A stretch of DNA of 64,000 bases from Patescibacteria group bacterium (GTDB taxonomy: Bacteria > Patescibacteriota > Microgenomatia > UBA8517): the NCBI GenBank assembly GCA_035291665.1, contig DATDRP010000006.1, positions 9,786-73,785 of the forward strand. The letters run 5' to 3'. The notes beneath the pieces were generated by a model. The model was given only the letters and a program-made list of their open reading frames with translations. It was not told where the DNA came from and made no database searches. A program made the translations under genes and the position numbers. Below are positions 19,502 through 28,689 of this stretch, piece after piece. Numbering within the stretch: position 1 is the stretch's first letter; every line of letters starts with the position of its first letter.

Positions 19502-20350
19502 TCAAGTTTTAAGCAATTTTCTTTTGGCGTCTTCAGCAAGTTGGTGGTACTCGTCAACGATTGGTGTAACCAATTCCAGTCCTGTATCGAGATCTATACT
19601 CGTGATTACACCTATTATTCCACCATCTTCTGTAACAACAGCGGCACCACTTGAACCACCCCCCGAATTCATTGTTGTCTTATAACACAAATTACCATCA
19701 TAATCTTTTGCATAAATATTTTCTGATAAATTAAACTTAAGCGGATTGATTCTGTCGTGTTTTTCAGCACTTCCTGCGAATGCGAGCGAGTACAATAGAT
19801 CATGTGAATTAGGTGTCCAATTATCTTTTATTGGAATTACAGGTAATTTGGTATCTTGAAGTATATTATTTAAACGAAAAGCTAACACTCCGATATCTTT
19901 TTTGTTGTGTGATGCGGTAACAAATTCATTTTTAGGAATTTCAATCAGTTTGCGATTTAGATGTGGTTGGAAAATATTAATATGTTCCGCATGTTTAAGT
20001 TCCTTTATAACATGCTTAGCCGATAAACACATTCCTATATTTGTTATCTTGTCCACTTCCATCAATGTGGTTGATCCAAATCCAATTAGAGTGTCATTTG
20101 TTATTAAATCCAGAACTCCTGCTGTTTCTATTATTTTTTCAGGTATCAGTAACATTTCTGGGATAGTGCCTACGGGGCGTGTAATGTCAGTTGCTTTTAC
20201 TGATGCTTCCGCTACATTTCTAAAATTGATCACATTCACCATATCAATAAATTTATTGACCATGTCACTAACCACATATGTAATAGCACCCCCATAGAGA
20301 ATTATTTTAATTGCGTTTTTTCTACCTATTGGATTGGTTTCTTTAGACAT
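19502..20350 (-). CDS. Trypsin-like serine protease with N-terminal anchor
   Basis: SAKHV, DIGVL and GGSSGAAV triad motifs; TATAAT 7 nt before ATG 20350. Confidence 0.8.
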   Translation of the reverse strand: MSKETNPIGRKNAIKIILYGGAITYVVSDMVNKFIDMVNVINFRNVAEASVKATDITRPVGTIPEMLLIPEKIIETAGVLDLITNDTLIGFGSTTLMEVDKITNIGMCLSAKHVIKELKHAEHINIFQPHLNRKLIEIPKNEFVTASHNKKDIGVLAFRLNNILQDTKLPVIPIKDNWTPNSHDLLYSLAFAGSAEKHDRINPLKFNLSENIYAKDYDGNLCYKTTMNSGGGSSGAAVVTEDGGIIGVITSIDLDTGLELVTPIVDEYHQLAEDAKRKLLKT

Positions 20351-20451
20351 ATCGGTCATTATATCCTATAAGATCTTTTTATTGAAGTTTGTCTTCAGAT
20401 AAGCCTCTGAATCCTTCGACAAAACTTAAGCTCGTGATAAAATCATGTCTC

Positions 20452-20718
20452 ATGAAAGAGCAATTATTAATATGTTCAGGAGAACATTGGGAAGGAAATG
20501 ATTTGATGGGGATAAGCATTCATATTAATAAGCTTGATGGGGATAATTTGGGAAACTTTGTGGGGTATATGAGTATAAAACCAATGGGTATAAATACGGC
20601 TGTTGAGATTGCTATGCGATCCTTAGAACAATGTGGTTATAAGACGCTAGCGATTAAGGATGGTAAATTAATTGATAGTGACGGACAAAAAATAAATGCA
20701 CCTTTTATAAAAAAATAA
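20452..20718 (+). CDS. Hypothetical protein
   Basis: TGATAAAAT 8 nt before ATG 20452; bounded by spacer repeats. Confidence 0.55.
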   Translation: MKEQLLICSGEHWEGNDLMGISIHINKLDGDNLGNFVGYMSIKPMGINTAVEIAMRSLEQCGYKTLAIKDGKLIDSDGQKINAPFIKK

Positions 20719-20839
20719 TTTGCTATGGAACGTCTGAAGTTCTCCGAGGGAAGTTTGACTGAGCCCAGTCAAACTGGGTTGTCGAGCTAGACTCGATCTG
20801 ACTTGGTTTGACGTTCTTCGAATTAACTCAAAGTCGGTG

Positions 20840-21433
20840 TTATTTATGCATTTCTTTCTGCAAAACTTTGATTTCTGATATTAGTTTTTTAGAAAACGAT
20901 TTGGGGTATTTTTTTAGTAGCTCCAACTCGCCTGCATTCCTATTTGTTTTGGACATACCCCTTTTGTGTTTATCCTGAAACGCTTGCCATTTTTTGTATC
21001 CGCTTTCAGTTAAGTGCATTGACCCTGTACACTTTTTGCTTTTGCAGAAACATCGATGAGGGCAGGGATTGCAATTCATTTTTGGGGGAAGCAGATAGGA
21101 AATGGTTAACTCACTACCTTTCCTGATATTTTTTAAAGCAAAAACAACGGTGTGGTTTTTGTATTTTATAATCCAGCAGTTTGGGGAGCAGGAGTGGTTA
21201 AGAAGGTGTACTCCGGATATTTTTAAGTCGGGGTAAATACCCAACTCATCGTTGTAATACATTAAATAAAGTTCTCTCTTTTCTTTGTCAAAATCGAAAT
21301 CTAATAGCTGCACTAATTTACCCACATAATCACCGATGAGTGCTCCCTGTCTAATTGGTTTTCTGGCAAAAACACCCCTTCCTTTATTCTTAGTCTTTCT
21401 GATTTTCCAGAAACTAGCAGGTATTAAAAACAT
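20840..21433 (-). CDS. SET-domain protein (lysine methyltransferase-like) with post-SET cysteines
   Basis: KGRGVFA, NHSCSPN, ELTISY, CFCKSKKCTG. Confidence 0.92.
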   Translation of the reverse strand: MFLIPASFWKIRKTKNKGRGVFARKPIRQGALIGDYVGKLVQLLDFDFDKEKRELYLMYYNDELGIYPDLKISGVHLLNHSCSPNCWIIKYKNHTVVFALKNIRKGSELTISYLLPPKMNCNPCPHRCFCKSKKCTGSMHLTESGYKKWQAFQDKHKRGMSKTNRNAGELELLKKYPKSFSKKLISEIKVLQKEMHK

Positions 21434-21512
21434 AAGTCAATTTAGCATACATTTTCAATTTTAGTTCTTGTTTGTCTTCAAATTAGCTCCGAAACCTTGT
21501 TATAATTCCATG

Positions 21513-22076
21513 ATGAATACTAAAGAGATTTTTATTAAAGCAGGCGCTTTTCATAAAGGGCATGTTGAATTTAAAAACGGAATGCACGGTGATGGGTGGT
21601 TGCAAAAGGATTTGGTTGTAAAAAACCCTATATTCCTTGACGACGTAGCAAAACTTCAGGCAGAGAAAATACTGGAGAGTTATCCTAACGTAGATTTATT
21701 AATGGGACCGATAACTGGAGGGGCAATTATTGCAAGCCACGTCGCAAAATACATTCATAAAGAATTTGGTGTTATCTTGGGTAAACAAGACCCTGTACTA
21801 TTTCACGACATGAATATTCCAACCCCAGGAGATAAGGTTGTAATAGTTGAAGATATTATTTCTAGTGGCACTGATATGAAAAGGTATCTCAACTTTTTCA
21901 AAGAAAAGAATGTGGAAGTTGTCGGGGTAAGTACATGGCTTAATAGACAAGAAAATATATTTAATGGAGTGAAAGTAATCAGTTTGCTGGGAAATAATTT
22001 TAATCTTTTCCCAAAAGAGGAATGCCCTTTTTGTGCCAAAGGAGAAAAAATTGAATTTGTAAATGTTAGAGAATAA
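21513..22076 (+). CDS. Type I phosphoribosyltransferase, orotate PRTase (PyrE)-like
   Basis: GHVEFKNGMH, VVIVEDIISSG PRPP loop, C-terminal ECPFC; TGTTATAAT 6 nt before ATG 21513. Confidence 0.85.
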   Translation: MNTKEIFIKAGAFHKGHVEFKNGMHGDGWLQKDLVVKNPIFLDDVAKLQAEKILESYPNVDLLMGPITGGAIIASHVAKYIHKEFGVILGKQDPVLFHDMNIPTPGDKVVIVEDIISSGTDMKRYLNFFKEKNVEVVGVSTWLNRQENIFNGVKVISLLGNNFNLFPKEECPFCAKGEKIEFVNVRE

Positions 22077-22133
22077 TGTGTCTTCAAATTATCTCCAAAA
22101 TGAATTCATGATAAAATACGCCTTACTATTCGG

Positions 22134-22727
22134 ATGAGTATGACTGTAGAAACTGAGACAGTAAGACAAATATCGTCAGTTGGCAGGGTTCTAACGTCTT
22201 ACAAAGATTTAGACGGAAAATTAATATCTTTGTTACTTGCTCCGGATGAAGCCAATAAAATTTCAATAGTTGGTTTTAAACTATTTTTCCCAAAGGATAA
22301 TGACGAAGTATACTACGGGTTCTTGTGCTCTCCCTACATCGCAAAGAATGTTGCCTTTTCTTTTGATGAATCAGAAAACTTATTAGTTACACACCCATTG
22401 GGGAAAAACATTAGCTTAGGAAACCCCAGTCTTGGAGGATTGAGTCCGAATGGAGACTATAAAGTAAAGGATATCGAGGGTGGAAAGTTGGGATCAGGAC
22501 TGAGGGCTTTTTCGGGAAGAAAAAGACGGGAATTAGGTTTGGAATACAGAAGTTTATTTGCCGATCCGATTGTTGACAATGGAAATAGATCTGTTGTACT
22601 TAGCGGTCTTTATTATGATAGTGGTAAGAGATTAAGAGTTTTAAAACTGGTTAAAACATCGCGCACTGGTTCTTATAATTTTTTAGCAGAAGAAGTGATG
22701 GAGATCATCAATAATGGGAAGACTTGA
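22134..22727 (+). CDS. Hypothetical protein
   Basis: 197-aa ORF between two spacer copies. Confidence 0.65.
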   Translation: MSMTVETETVRQISSVGRVLTSYKDLDGKLISLLLAPDEANKISIVGFKLFFPKDNDEVYYGFLCSPYIAKNVAFSFDESENLLVTHPLGKNISLGNPSLGGLSPNGDYKVKDIEGGKLGSGLRAFSGRKRRELGLEYRSLFADPIVDNGNRSVVLSGLYYDSGKRLRVLKLVKTSRTGSYNFLAEEVMEIINNGKT

Positions 22728-22884
22728 GGAGGGTGATTTGTCCTGGGGACGTTTGATGTTCTTCAAATTAGATTTTTTCATATAATTATGTAAATGGGAT
22801 GTAAGGAAGAACCAATTTCCTTTTCAGAATTCAGATGTGACGGACACACGCGTTTTTTCTACCATCTCTTGATATAATTTATAA

Positions 22885-23550
22885 ATGGCTTACGAATTAT
22901 CAGATGATTTTAAAAGCCTTAATAAAAATATTTGGTCGTCGAAACGTTTAACGAAATCAAATTGGAAAATTTCAAAGTACCAGGGGAAATCTGCAATTCA
23001 AATTACAGTGCACAAAGGTGATTATCAAATGGATGGTGGGGATGGTCATTTAACAGATAGAGCAGAATTAACAGAAGAAAAGTCTTTATGGGTACCGACC
23101 GGAACACCAATTTGGTATTCATTTTACTTTGTTTTTCCGAAAGATTTTTTAATTCAGGATAACAGACTTGTGTTTGCACAATGGAAGCAGTCAACCCAAG
23201 AACCGGAATCTCCATTTTTATCGTTCAGATATGTGGATGGTAAACTATATTTTCAGATTGTATACAATGATGAAAGAGAGAAATTTTATTGTACGGAAAA
23301 AGAGTGGCGTGGGAATTGGCACAACGCACTTGTTTATTACAAACTAGACTCAAATTTTCGGGGAGAAGTAAAAGCATGGGTGGATGAAAAAATAATTTCA
23401 GATTATTCAGGTAGATTGGGTTCCTCTCAATCTATATCCGATCCTTACTTCAAGATGGGATTATATAGAGATCAAATTGAGGAACATCAGACAATTTATC
23501 TTGCAGATTTTAAACGTAGCACTTCAAAAGAATTTTGTGAAAAAATATAA
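22885..23550 (+). CDS. Polysaccharide lyase-like protein (heparin lyase I family)
   Basis: DRAEL, WYSFYF, FAQWKQ and YFKMGLYRD motifs. Confidence 0.8.
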   Translation: MAYELSDDFKSLNKNIWSSKRLTKSNWKISKYQGKSAIQITVHKGDYQMDGGDGHLTDRAELTEEKSLWVPTGTPIWYSFYFVFPKDFLIQDNRLVFAQWKQSTQEPESPFLSFRYVDGKLYFQIVYNDEREKFYCTEKEWRGNWHNALVYYKLDSNFRGEVKAWVDEKIISDYSGRLGSSQSISDPYFKMGLYRDQIEEHQTIYLADFKRSTSKEFCEKI

Positions 23551-23571
23551 AAACTCTTAACTTTTTAATCT

Positions 23572-23613
23572 GCGTTCAAGAAAACCCCGCCCTTTAGGGG
23601 TGGGGGATGTCAT
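23572..23613 (+). mobile_element. Short IS200/IS605-end-like element (module A start joined to module B end)
   Basis: gcgttcaagaaaac-cccgccctttaggggtggg-ggatgtcat; first 14 nt identical to those at 5320. Confidence 0.65.
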
Positions 23614-23618
23614 AAATG

Positions 23619-24329
23619 TTAGTATTTCTGTGCCCTGACGATTAATGTTGCTCCGAGTGTGGGGAATAAACCTGTCAACAGTTTTGAAAACAGATGCATC
23701 CTCCGATTGCCAAACTCGATTGTGATTGCTTGCGTACGAAGTTTTATATTATTAAACCCGCACAAAATTAACGCATTTTTTAAAGAATCAAATGTGAACG
23801 GTCGTATATGTAGATATAAAAACGGATGAATCGGGGTGGTGTGGCGAGGTGACTTTCCGAATAAAAACTTTATTCTATCATCGACCCTTGCAAGATTTGG
23901 AGTTGTAAGTATTAAATATCCTTTCGATTTAAGAACACGATTTATTTCGTTGAGAAACTTTTTTGTATCGATTAGATGCTCAATTATTTCTCCTGCAAAA
24001 ACAAAATCGAAACTTGCGTCATGATATGGAAGAGTTTTGGAAACATCGCCAAATTTTGTGATTACTCCTCGTTTTTCGGCTTCTTTTAAGGCATCTTTTG
24101 CGCCGTCAATACCATAAACTTTAAGTCCGAGTTTTTTTATTATTTTTTCTTCGTATAATCCAATTGAACAGGCAATGCTTAAAAGCCTTTGCGGTTTTTT
24201 GTTGTTTACAACTTCTTTTATTAAATCAATTGCGATGTCTCCTCGTTTTTGATGAGTCTCACTAAAGAGATATTCTGTCTCTTCCTTTTTGTTATATTCG
24301 TGGGTGTTGTAATCAAAAAGAGTATCCAC
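23619..24329 (-). CDS. Class I SAM-dependent methyltransferase
   Basis: LLSIACSIG, LPYHDASFDFVFAGEIIEHL, LKSKGYLILTTPN. Confidence 0.88.
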   Translation of the reverse strand: MDTLFDYNTHEYNKKEETEYLFSETHQKRGDIAIDLIKEVVNNKKPQRLLSIACSIGLYEEKIIKKLGLKVYGIDGAKDALKEAEKRGVITKFGDVSKTLPYHDASFDFVFAGEIIEHLIDTKKFLNEINRVLKSKGYLILTTPNLARVDDRIKFLFGKSPRHTTPIHPFLYLHIRPFTFDSLKNALILCGFNNIKLRTQAITIEFGNRRMHLFSKLLTGLFPTLGATLIVRAQKY

Positions 24330-24426
24330 TGAGTGAAGTATAACATTGTAAAAAAGAATCCACTTACTTTTCGGCGATGATAGTTAATAAGAGAAGATAT
24401 TATGAATCCCATGTTAAAATATATTC

Positions 24427-24582
24427 ATGACATGTCCGAAATGTGGAAAGAAAATGTTTCTGAAAGGTAAAGACTTTAGTTATGACTATAAAGTTAAACC
24501 AAAGAAGAAATACAAAAGGAGTATTTACTGGTGTAAGACAGATGATGTTTGGGTAAATTTGGAAACCCCTTATAAAAAATAG
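24427..24582 (+). CDS. Small zinc-ribbon-like protein (51 aa), not in ORF track
   Basis: MTCPKCGKKM...IYWCKTDDVWVNLETPYKK; TGTTAAAAT 6 nt before ATG. Confidence 0.75.
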   Translation: MTCPKCGKKMFLKGKDFSYDYKVKPKKKYKRSIYWCKTDDVWVNLETPYKK

Positions 24583-24689
24583 ATTTTCATTTCCTCCGCA
24601 CTTTTTCTGTAGGACTGAGAAATTAACTGTTATATTTTAAATTAAAACTTGTATAGTAAATAAAAGTTGACAAAGAAAGTACGTTCAAT

Positions 24690-25505
24690 TTGATGAATCA
24701 AACAGTTCTAATTAATCATCCAATAGTTGCTGCGCTTTTTGCCGGCCTTTTTGCTTGGGGAATAACGGCGCTAGGCGCGGCGGGTGTATTTATCTTTAGA
24801 GCGGTGACACAAAAATTATTGGATGCGATGCTTGGGTTTGCCGCTGGAGTCATGATCGCGGCCAGTTTTTGGTCTCTACTTGCTCCTTCTATAGAACTCA
24901 GTGAACAGTTAGGTGTGACAAAATGGGTACCCCCTGCGGTAGGTTTCCTTGTCGGTGGAGGTTTTTTATGGCTTGTGGACAAAATTCTGCCGCATTTGAA
25001 CGTCGTTCAATCGCGGTCGCGCCCCGAGGGATTACCTACAGAATGGCATACTACGGTTCTTCTATTTTTGGCTATCACTTTTCATAATTTTCCCGAAGGA
25101 TTAGCTGTTGGCGTTGCTTTTGGGGCGGCTTCTGCAGGTATTCCCGGAGCAACTATTGCCGGTGCTATAGCCCTTGCCATCGGAATCGGAATTCAAAATT
25201 TCCCTGAAGGATTTGCGGTTTCGATGCCCTTTAGACGTGTGGGATTAGGGAAGTTAAAGAGCTTCCTGTTTGGCCAGGGATCGGCAATTATTGAGCCCAT
25301 CGCCGCGGTTATCGGAGCAGTCGGTGTTTTGGCTATGCGTCCACTACTTCCTTATGCGCTAGCGTTTGCGGCGGGGGCAATGATTTACGTGTCAGTCGAA
25401 GAAATAATTCCCGAATCGCAGAAGAGCTCTACCGATGTCGCAACAATTGGCGCAATGCTGGGTTTTACAATAATGATGATTCTTGATGTTGCGCTGGGTC
25501 AGTAA
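24690..25505 (+). CDS. ZIP family metal transporter (ZupT/GufA-like)
   Basis: GFAAGVM, HNFPEG, QNFPEG, EEIIPES. Confidence 0.93.
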   Translation: MMNQTVLINHPIVAALFAGLFAWGITALGAAGVFIFRAVTQKLLDAMLGFAAGVMIAASFWSLLAPSIELSEQLGVTKWVPPAVGFLVGGGFLWLVDKILPHLNVVQSRSRPEGLPTEWHTTVLLFLAITFHNFPEGLAVGVAFGAASAGIPGATIAGAIALAIGIGIQNFPEGFAVSMPFRRVGLGKLKSFLFGQGSAIIEPIAAVIGAVGVLAMRPLLPYALAFAAGAMIYVSVEEIIPESQKSSTDVATIGAMLGFTIMMILDVALGQ

Positions 25506-25573
25506 TCGAGAACTCATTACCTCCGCGTCTTCTGGCTTAAATTCCTCAGCTACTTTATTGATATACTTTCTTT

Positions 25574-26206
25574 ATGAAAAAAAGTATTATTCCAATTCTT
25601 TTCATTGTTGTGATATCACTAACTCTGTATTTAGTAAGTAGAAGATTTTCAGAGGACGAAATAATTGTTTTTGTAAATAATGCCGGATTATTAGCTCCCG
25701 CTGTTTATATTTTACTTGTCTTATTAACAATGGTTATAGCCCCTTTTAGCGGAACCCCCATAATCTTTGCCGGTTATTATGCCTTCGGACAACGGGTAAT
25801 TTTATATTCGACAATCGCAGCATGGATAAGCTTCGTGATTAATTTTTGGATTGCGAGAAAATGGGGTAGAGCAATGGTCATAAGACTTGCAGGAAAAGAT
25901 GCTATGAAAAAAATTGATGATCTGACACTAAGCTATGGAACTGTAACCTTGGTTTTGTTAAGGATGTTTCAGGGATCAATAAGTGATTTCGTTTCTTTTG
26001 CTATGGGTTTAACAAATATTAATTTTAAAATCTACCTTTTTATATCTCTGACCGCATCCATTCCGGGGACAATTCTTTGGTATTTCCTGTCATTGAATGC
26101 CAATACTCCTGCACAATTTACGATTATAATGCTGGTATTTACTTTAACTCTCTCTTTTATATTTGTTGCAGGGAGTATATTTTGGAAGAAATTTTTAAAA
26201 AAATAA
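25574..26206 (+). CDS. VTT-domain (TVP38/TMEM64, DedA-like) membrane protein
   Basis: IAPFSG, FWIARKWGR, LLRMF...DFVSFAMGLT. Confidence 0.85.
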   Translation: MKKSIIPILFIVVISLTLYLVSRRFSEDEIIVFVNNAGLLAPAVYILLVLLTMVIAPFSGTPIIFAGYYAFGQRVILYSTIAAWISFVINFWIARKWGRAMVIRLAGKDAMKKIDDLTLSYGTVTLVLLRMFQGSISDFVSFAMGLTNINFKIYLFISLTASIPGTILWYFLSLNANTPAQFTIIMLVFTLTLSFIFVAGSIFWKKFLKK

Positions 26207-26288
26207 CTTTAGAAACCATTTCCTCCTTGCTTGCGCAGGCAAGCGCGGCTTCTGAACTTTTACGATTGAAACTTGATATAATTCGGTT

Positions 26289-26984
26289 ATGAAAACTCTT
26301 TACTCCGGTGAACAGGCAAATAAGTATACTAAATTTGCAGATAAATCTTACAGCTGGAAGTTTTTGGAAAAACCTACTATAACAAGAAATTTGAAGTCGA
26401 TAATTAATGGTAACATACACACCTTGGATGCCGGTTGCGGAACAGGGCGATCCATTAGAGTCCTCCTTGAACTGGGAGCAAATCCAATAAAAACCATTGG
26501 AACTGATATAAGCCCACATATGTTAAAGATTGCACGAAAATCTTTTCCTGAAGTGAAGTTTGTCAAGGGAAATTTACCCGATTTAAAATTGAACAAAAAT
26601 AGTTTGGAGCTTGTTTCGAGCAATATGGCTTTTCATTATTTAAATCTTAGTGATTTTAAAACAACAGTAGAACATATCCATACTTGGTTACTAAAGGGTG
26701 GCTATTTATTTTATATAGTTGTACATCCATTAAGGTTTATTCACAACCATTCGCAATATTTTAGTGATAAATCAAAAGTAGAAAAGACACCCTGGGGTAC
26801 AGAAATAAAATACTATCCAAAGAGAATTTCTGATTACGTGAATACGACATTAGATTCAGGTTTTGATGTAATAAAAGTTGAAGAGCCGATACCTGTTGGC
26901 GGGGTTGCAAAAAAAGATATTGCCCAATATAAAAAATATTTGAGTAACCCCACCCGTTTGGCAATATTGGCCGTAAAAAAGTGA
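26289..26984 (+). CDS. Class I SAM-dependent methyltransferase
   Basis: LDAGCGTG, GTDISPHML, SNMAFHYL. Confidence 0.9.
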   Translation: MKTLYSGEQANKYTKFADKSYSWKFLEKPTITRNLKSIINGNIHTLDAGCGTGRSIRVLLELGANPIKTIGTDISPHMLKIARKSFPEVKFVKGNLPDLKLNKNSLELVSSNMAFHYLNLSDFKTTVEHIHTWLLKGGYLFYIVVHPLRFIHNHSQYFSDKSKVEKTPWGTEIKYYPKRISDYVNTTLDSGFDVIKVEEPIPVGGVAKKDIAQYKKYLSNPTRLAILAVKK

Positions 26985-26998
26985 AAAAACACTCCCCG

Positions 26999-28588
26999 CT
27001 AAACAGGATTAGTTAGGGTGTATTTATCTCTTATTGCTTGGGTGTCAACATCTTTTATATCTTTATACTGCAGATACTCCAATAAATTGAAACCACGGAT
27101 GTCGGGATTTTTGTATTTGTTTTGCAGATATTCAATTTTAAAGAGTAAGATCCATAAACCATCAGATTCGGCTTGTTTTTTCTCCGTTTCGGTTACCGGA
27201 CCGGAAGATCTGACAATCTCATTCAGATGAGTTTTATACGAAAGTGAATCGCTCGAAAGTCTTGAAAGATATTGCATGTCAACTCCTTGACCGGTTGTTG
27301 CCCGGTGGAAATGGTAAATAAGGTAATCAAAATTTGCCAAATTGATAAGAATTAAAATTAATCCCGTATAGATTACGGACTTGGTAAGAAAGTATTTTTT
27401 CTCAATATTTTTCAGGAATGTATATAAATAAATTGTGAATATCCCCAAAATCCAGGTTGCAACTGCGAATCCGTAAAGTCTTTTATAAGTAAAACCCCAG
27501 GCGCTTGAATATTCATAAACACTTTTGTATGCCATGAATGCGAGAAAAATTCCTTCAACAAGAAGGACAAGCGCCAGTTTTTGATTATACTTTTTCTTTT
27601 CTTTGTCGGCGTAGAGAAGTGCCAAAACAATTACTGCAACAATGGAGAGCTGGGTAAATACTTCATTCGCATAATTTGAATAAGTATATCCAAGAGCGCT
27701 TAGGGTTTCTTGAGATGAAAAATATAGCTGGAATTGGGTAATGAAAAAAATTAGAAGTACTGCCGAAACCGCGATTTTGGGTATTAATAAGTTTAAGCCT
27801 AGTCTATTAGTAATCTTAAAACCTTCTTTTTTATTCATAGCAATTTCAAGGAAACCCCGCCCTTGGCGGGGAGGAATTGAACTTGATATGTCATCCTCCT
27901 TCAGAGGGAACCACGGACCGTGGTCCGTGGAGGATGTCATGAAAGTTGCTACCCTGGGTATTAAGAAGGCTGAACCTATAAAAAAGATTAATCTGATAAT
28001 CCACTGAAATATAGCCTCAGTTAATTTGATATTTCCCAAACCTATTAAATCGGCAACCTCAAGTAAAAGTTTTTCAAAGAATGGATTGGCGGATGCAAGA
28101 AGCGGCAGGATTACGGCCAAAATCGCCAATGTGATAAGGGTGATGGCGATTGTGTTAATTGTGCTTTCGCGCTTTCTTTCATTAGCAACAGGTTTCTTGA
28201 ATTCCAATTGATATTCATTTCGTATGAATACACTTTGCAGGAAAAGTATTAAGGGTGCAAAAATTAATGATAATATACTTTCCGGATCCTCCTTTTTAGT
28301 CAGGACAAAAAGAATACCGAAGTAAAAAATTGCGAGGAGATTAAGCATTATTACCGACGGCTCACTTCGGATCGTTAGTGCGATCGATAATATTAATGCG
28401 ATCGCGAAAAATGCTGTGGTGTCCGGGGTTTTGTCGTTTTTTATATAGAAAGCAAGGAAGGCAAATGAGATTAACGAAATTGAGAGGCCTAGATGGGGGA
28501 AGAATCCGAATGGAATTGATAACAAAGAAAAGGCGGCGCACGCGAAAATAATTAAAGCGGATATCTTACCCTTTTGAGTCAATTGCAT
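26999..28588 (-). CDS. DUF4153/DUF4173-like membrane protein carrying an in-frame mobile-element insert
   Basis: LLASANPFF, TYSNYANEVFTQL, WGFTYKRL, DMQYLSRLSSD; insert at 27845-27940. Confidence 0.8.
   Translation of the reverse strand: MQLTQKGKISALIIFACAAFSLLSIPFGFFPHLGLSISLISFAFLAFYIKNDKTPDTTAFFAIALILSIALTIRSEPSVIMLNLLAIFYFGILFVLTKKEDPESILSLIFAPLILFLQSVFIRNEYQLEFKKPVANERKRESTINTIAITLITLAILAVILPLLASANPFFEKLLLEVADLIGLGNIKLTEAIFQWIIRLIFFIGSAFLIPRVATFMTSSTDHGPWFPLKEDDISSSIPPRQGRGFLEIAMNKKEGFKITNRLGLNLLIPKIAVSAVLLIFFITQFQLYFSSQETLSALGYTYSNYANEVFTQLSIVAVIVLALLYADKEKKKYNQKLALVLLVEGIFLAFMAYKSVYEYSSAWGFTYKRLYGFAVATWILGIFTIYLYTFLKNIEKKYFLTKSVIYTGLILILINLANFDYLIYHFHRATTGQGVDMQYLSRLSSDSLSYKTHLNEIVRSSGPVTETEKKQAESDGLWILLFKIEYLQNKYKNPDIRGFNLLEYLQYKDIKDVDTQAIRDKYTLTNPV
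27845..27940 (+). mobile_element. Bipartite IS200/IS605-end-like element inserted in frame in a CDS
   Basis: ttcaaggaaa-ccccgcc-ctt-ggcgggg-aggaattgaac-ttgat-atgtcatcctcc...ccacggacc-gt-ggtccgtgg-aggatgtcat; 96 nt. Confidence 0.8.
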
Positions 28589-28689
28589 TTAATTTTGGTA
28601 TCTATATTATATAACAACACCTCCAATTATCGGCGGTTTGTAAATCAGTTTTCTACGTAACAATGGTAATTTTGGTATAATCTTGGTGA

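Larger units (their letters stand above)
16971..22770 (+). repeat. Dispersed inter-gene spacer family 1 (core tttgacgttcttcaaatta / tttgtcttcaaatta), 7 copies
   Basis: Copies at 16971, 19424-19476, 20387, 20719-20828, 21470, 22077 and 22748, all at gene junctions in the same orientation. Confidence 0.8.

Noticed and set aside
22769-22796. Second dif site (ttatgtaaat)
   Set aside because: A XerD-like arm is present but there is no XerC-like arm ending in ATAA at 6-bp spacing.
24585-24612. Minus-strand TEKVRRK* as a tail copy of the GT2 gene ending RVTEKV*
   Set aside because: Only four residues match, and other family-2 copies do not support this frame.
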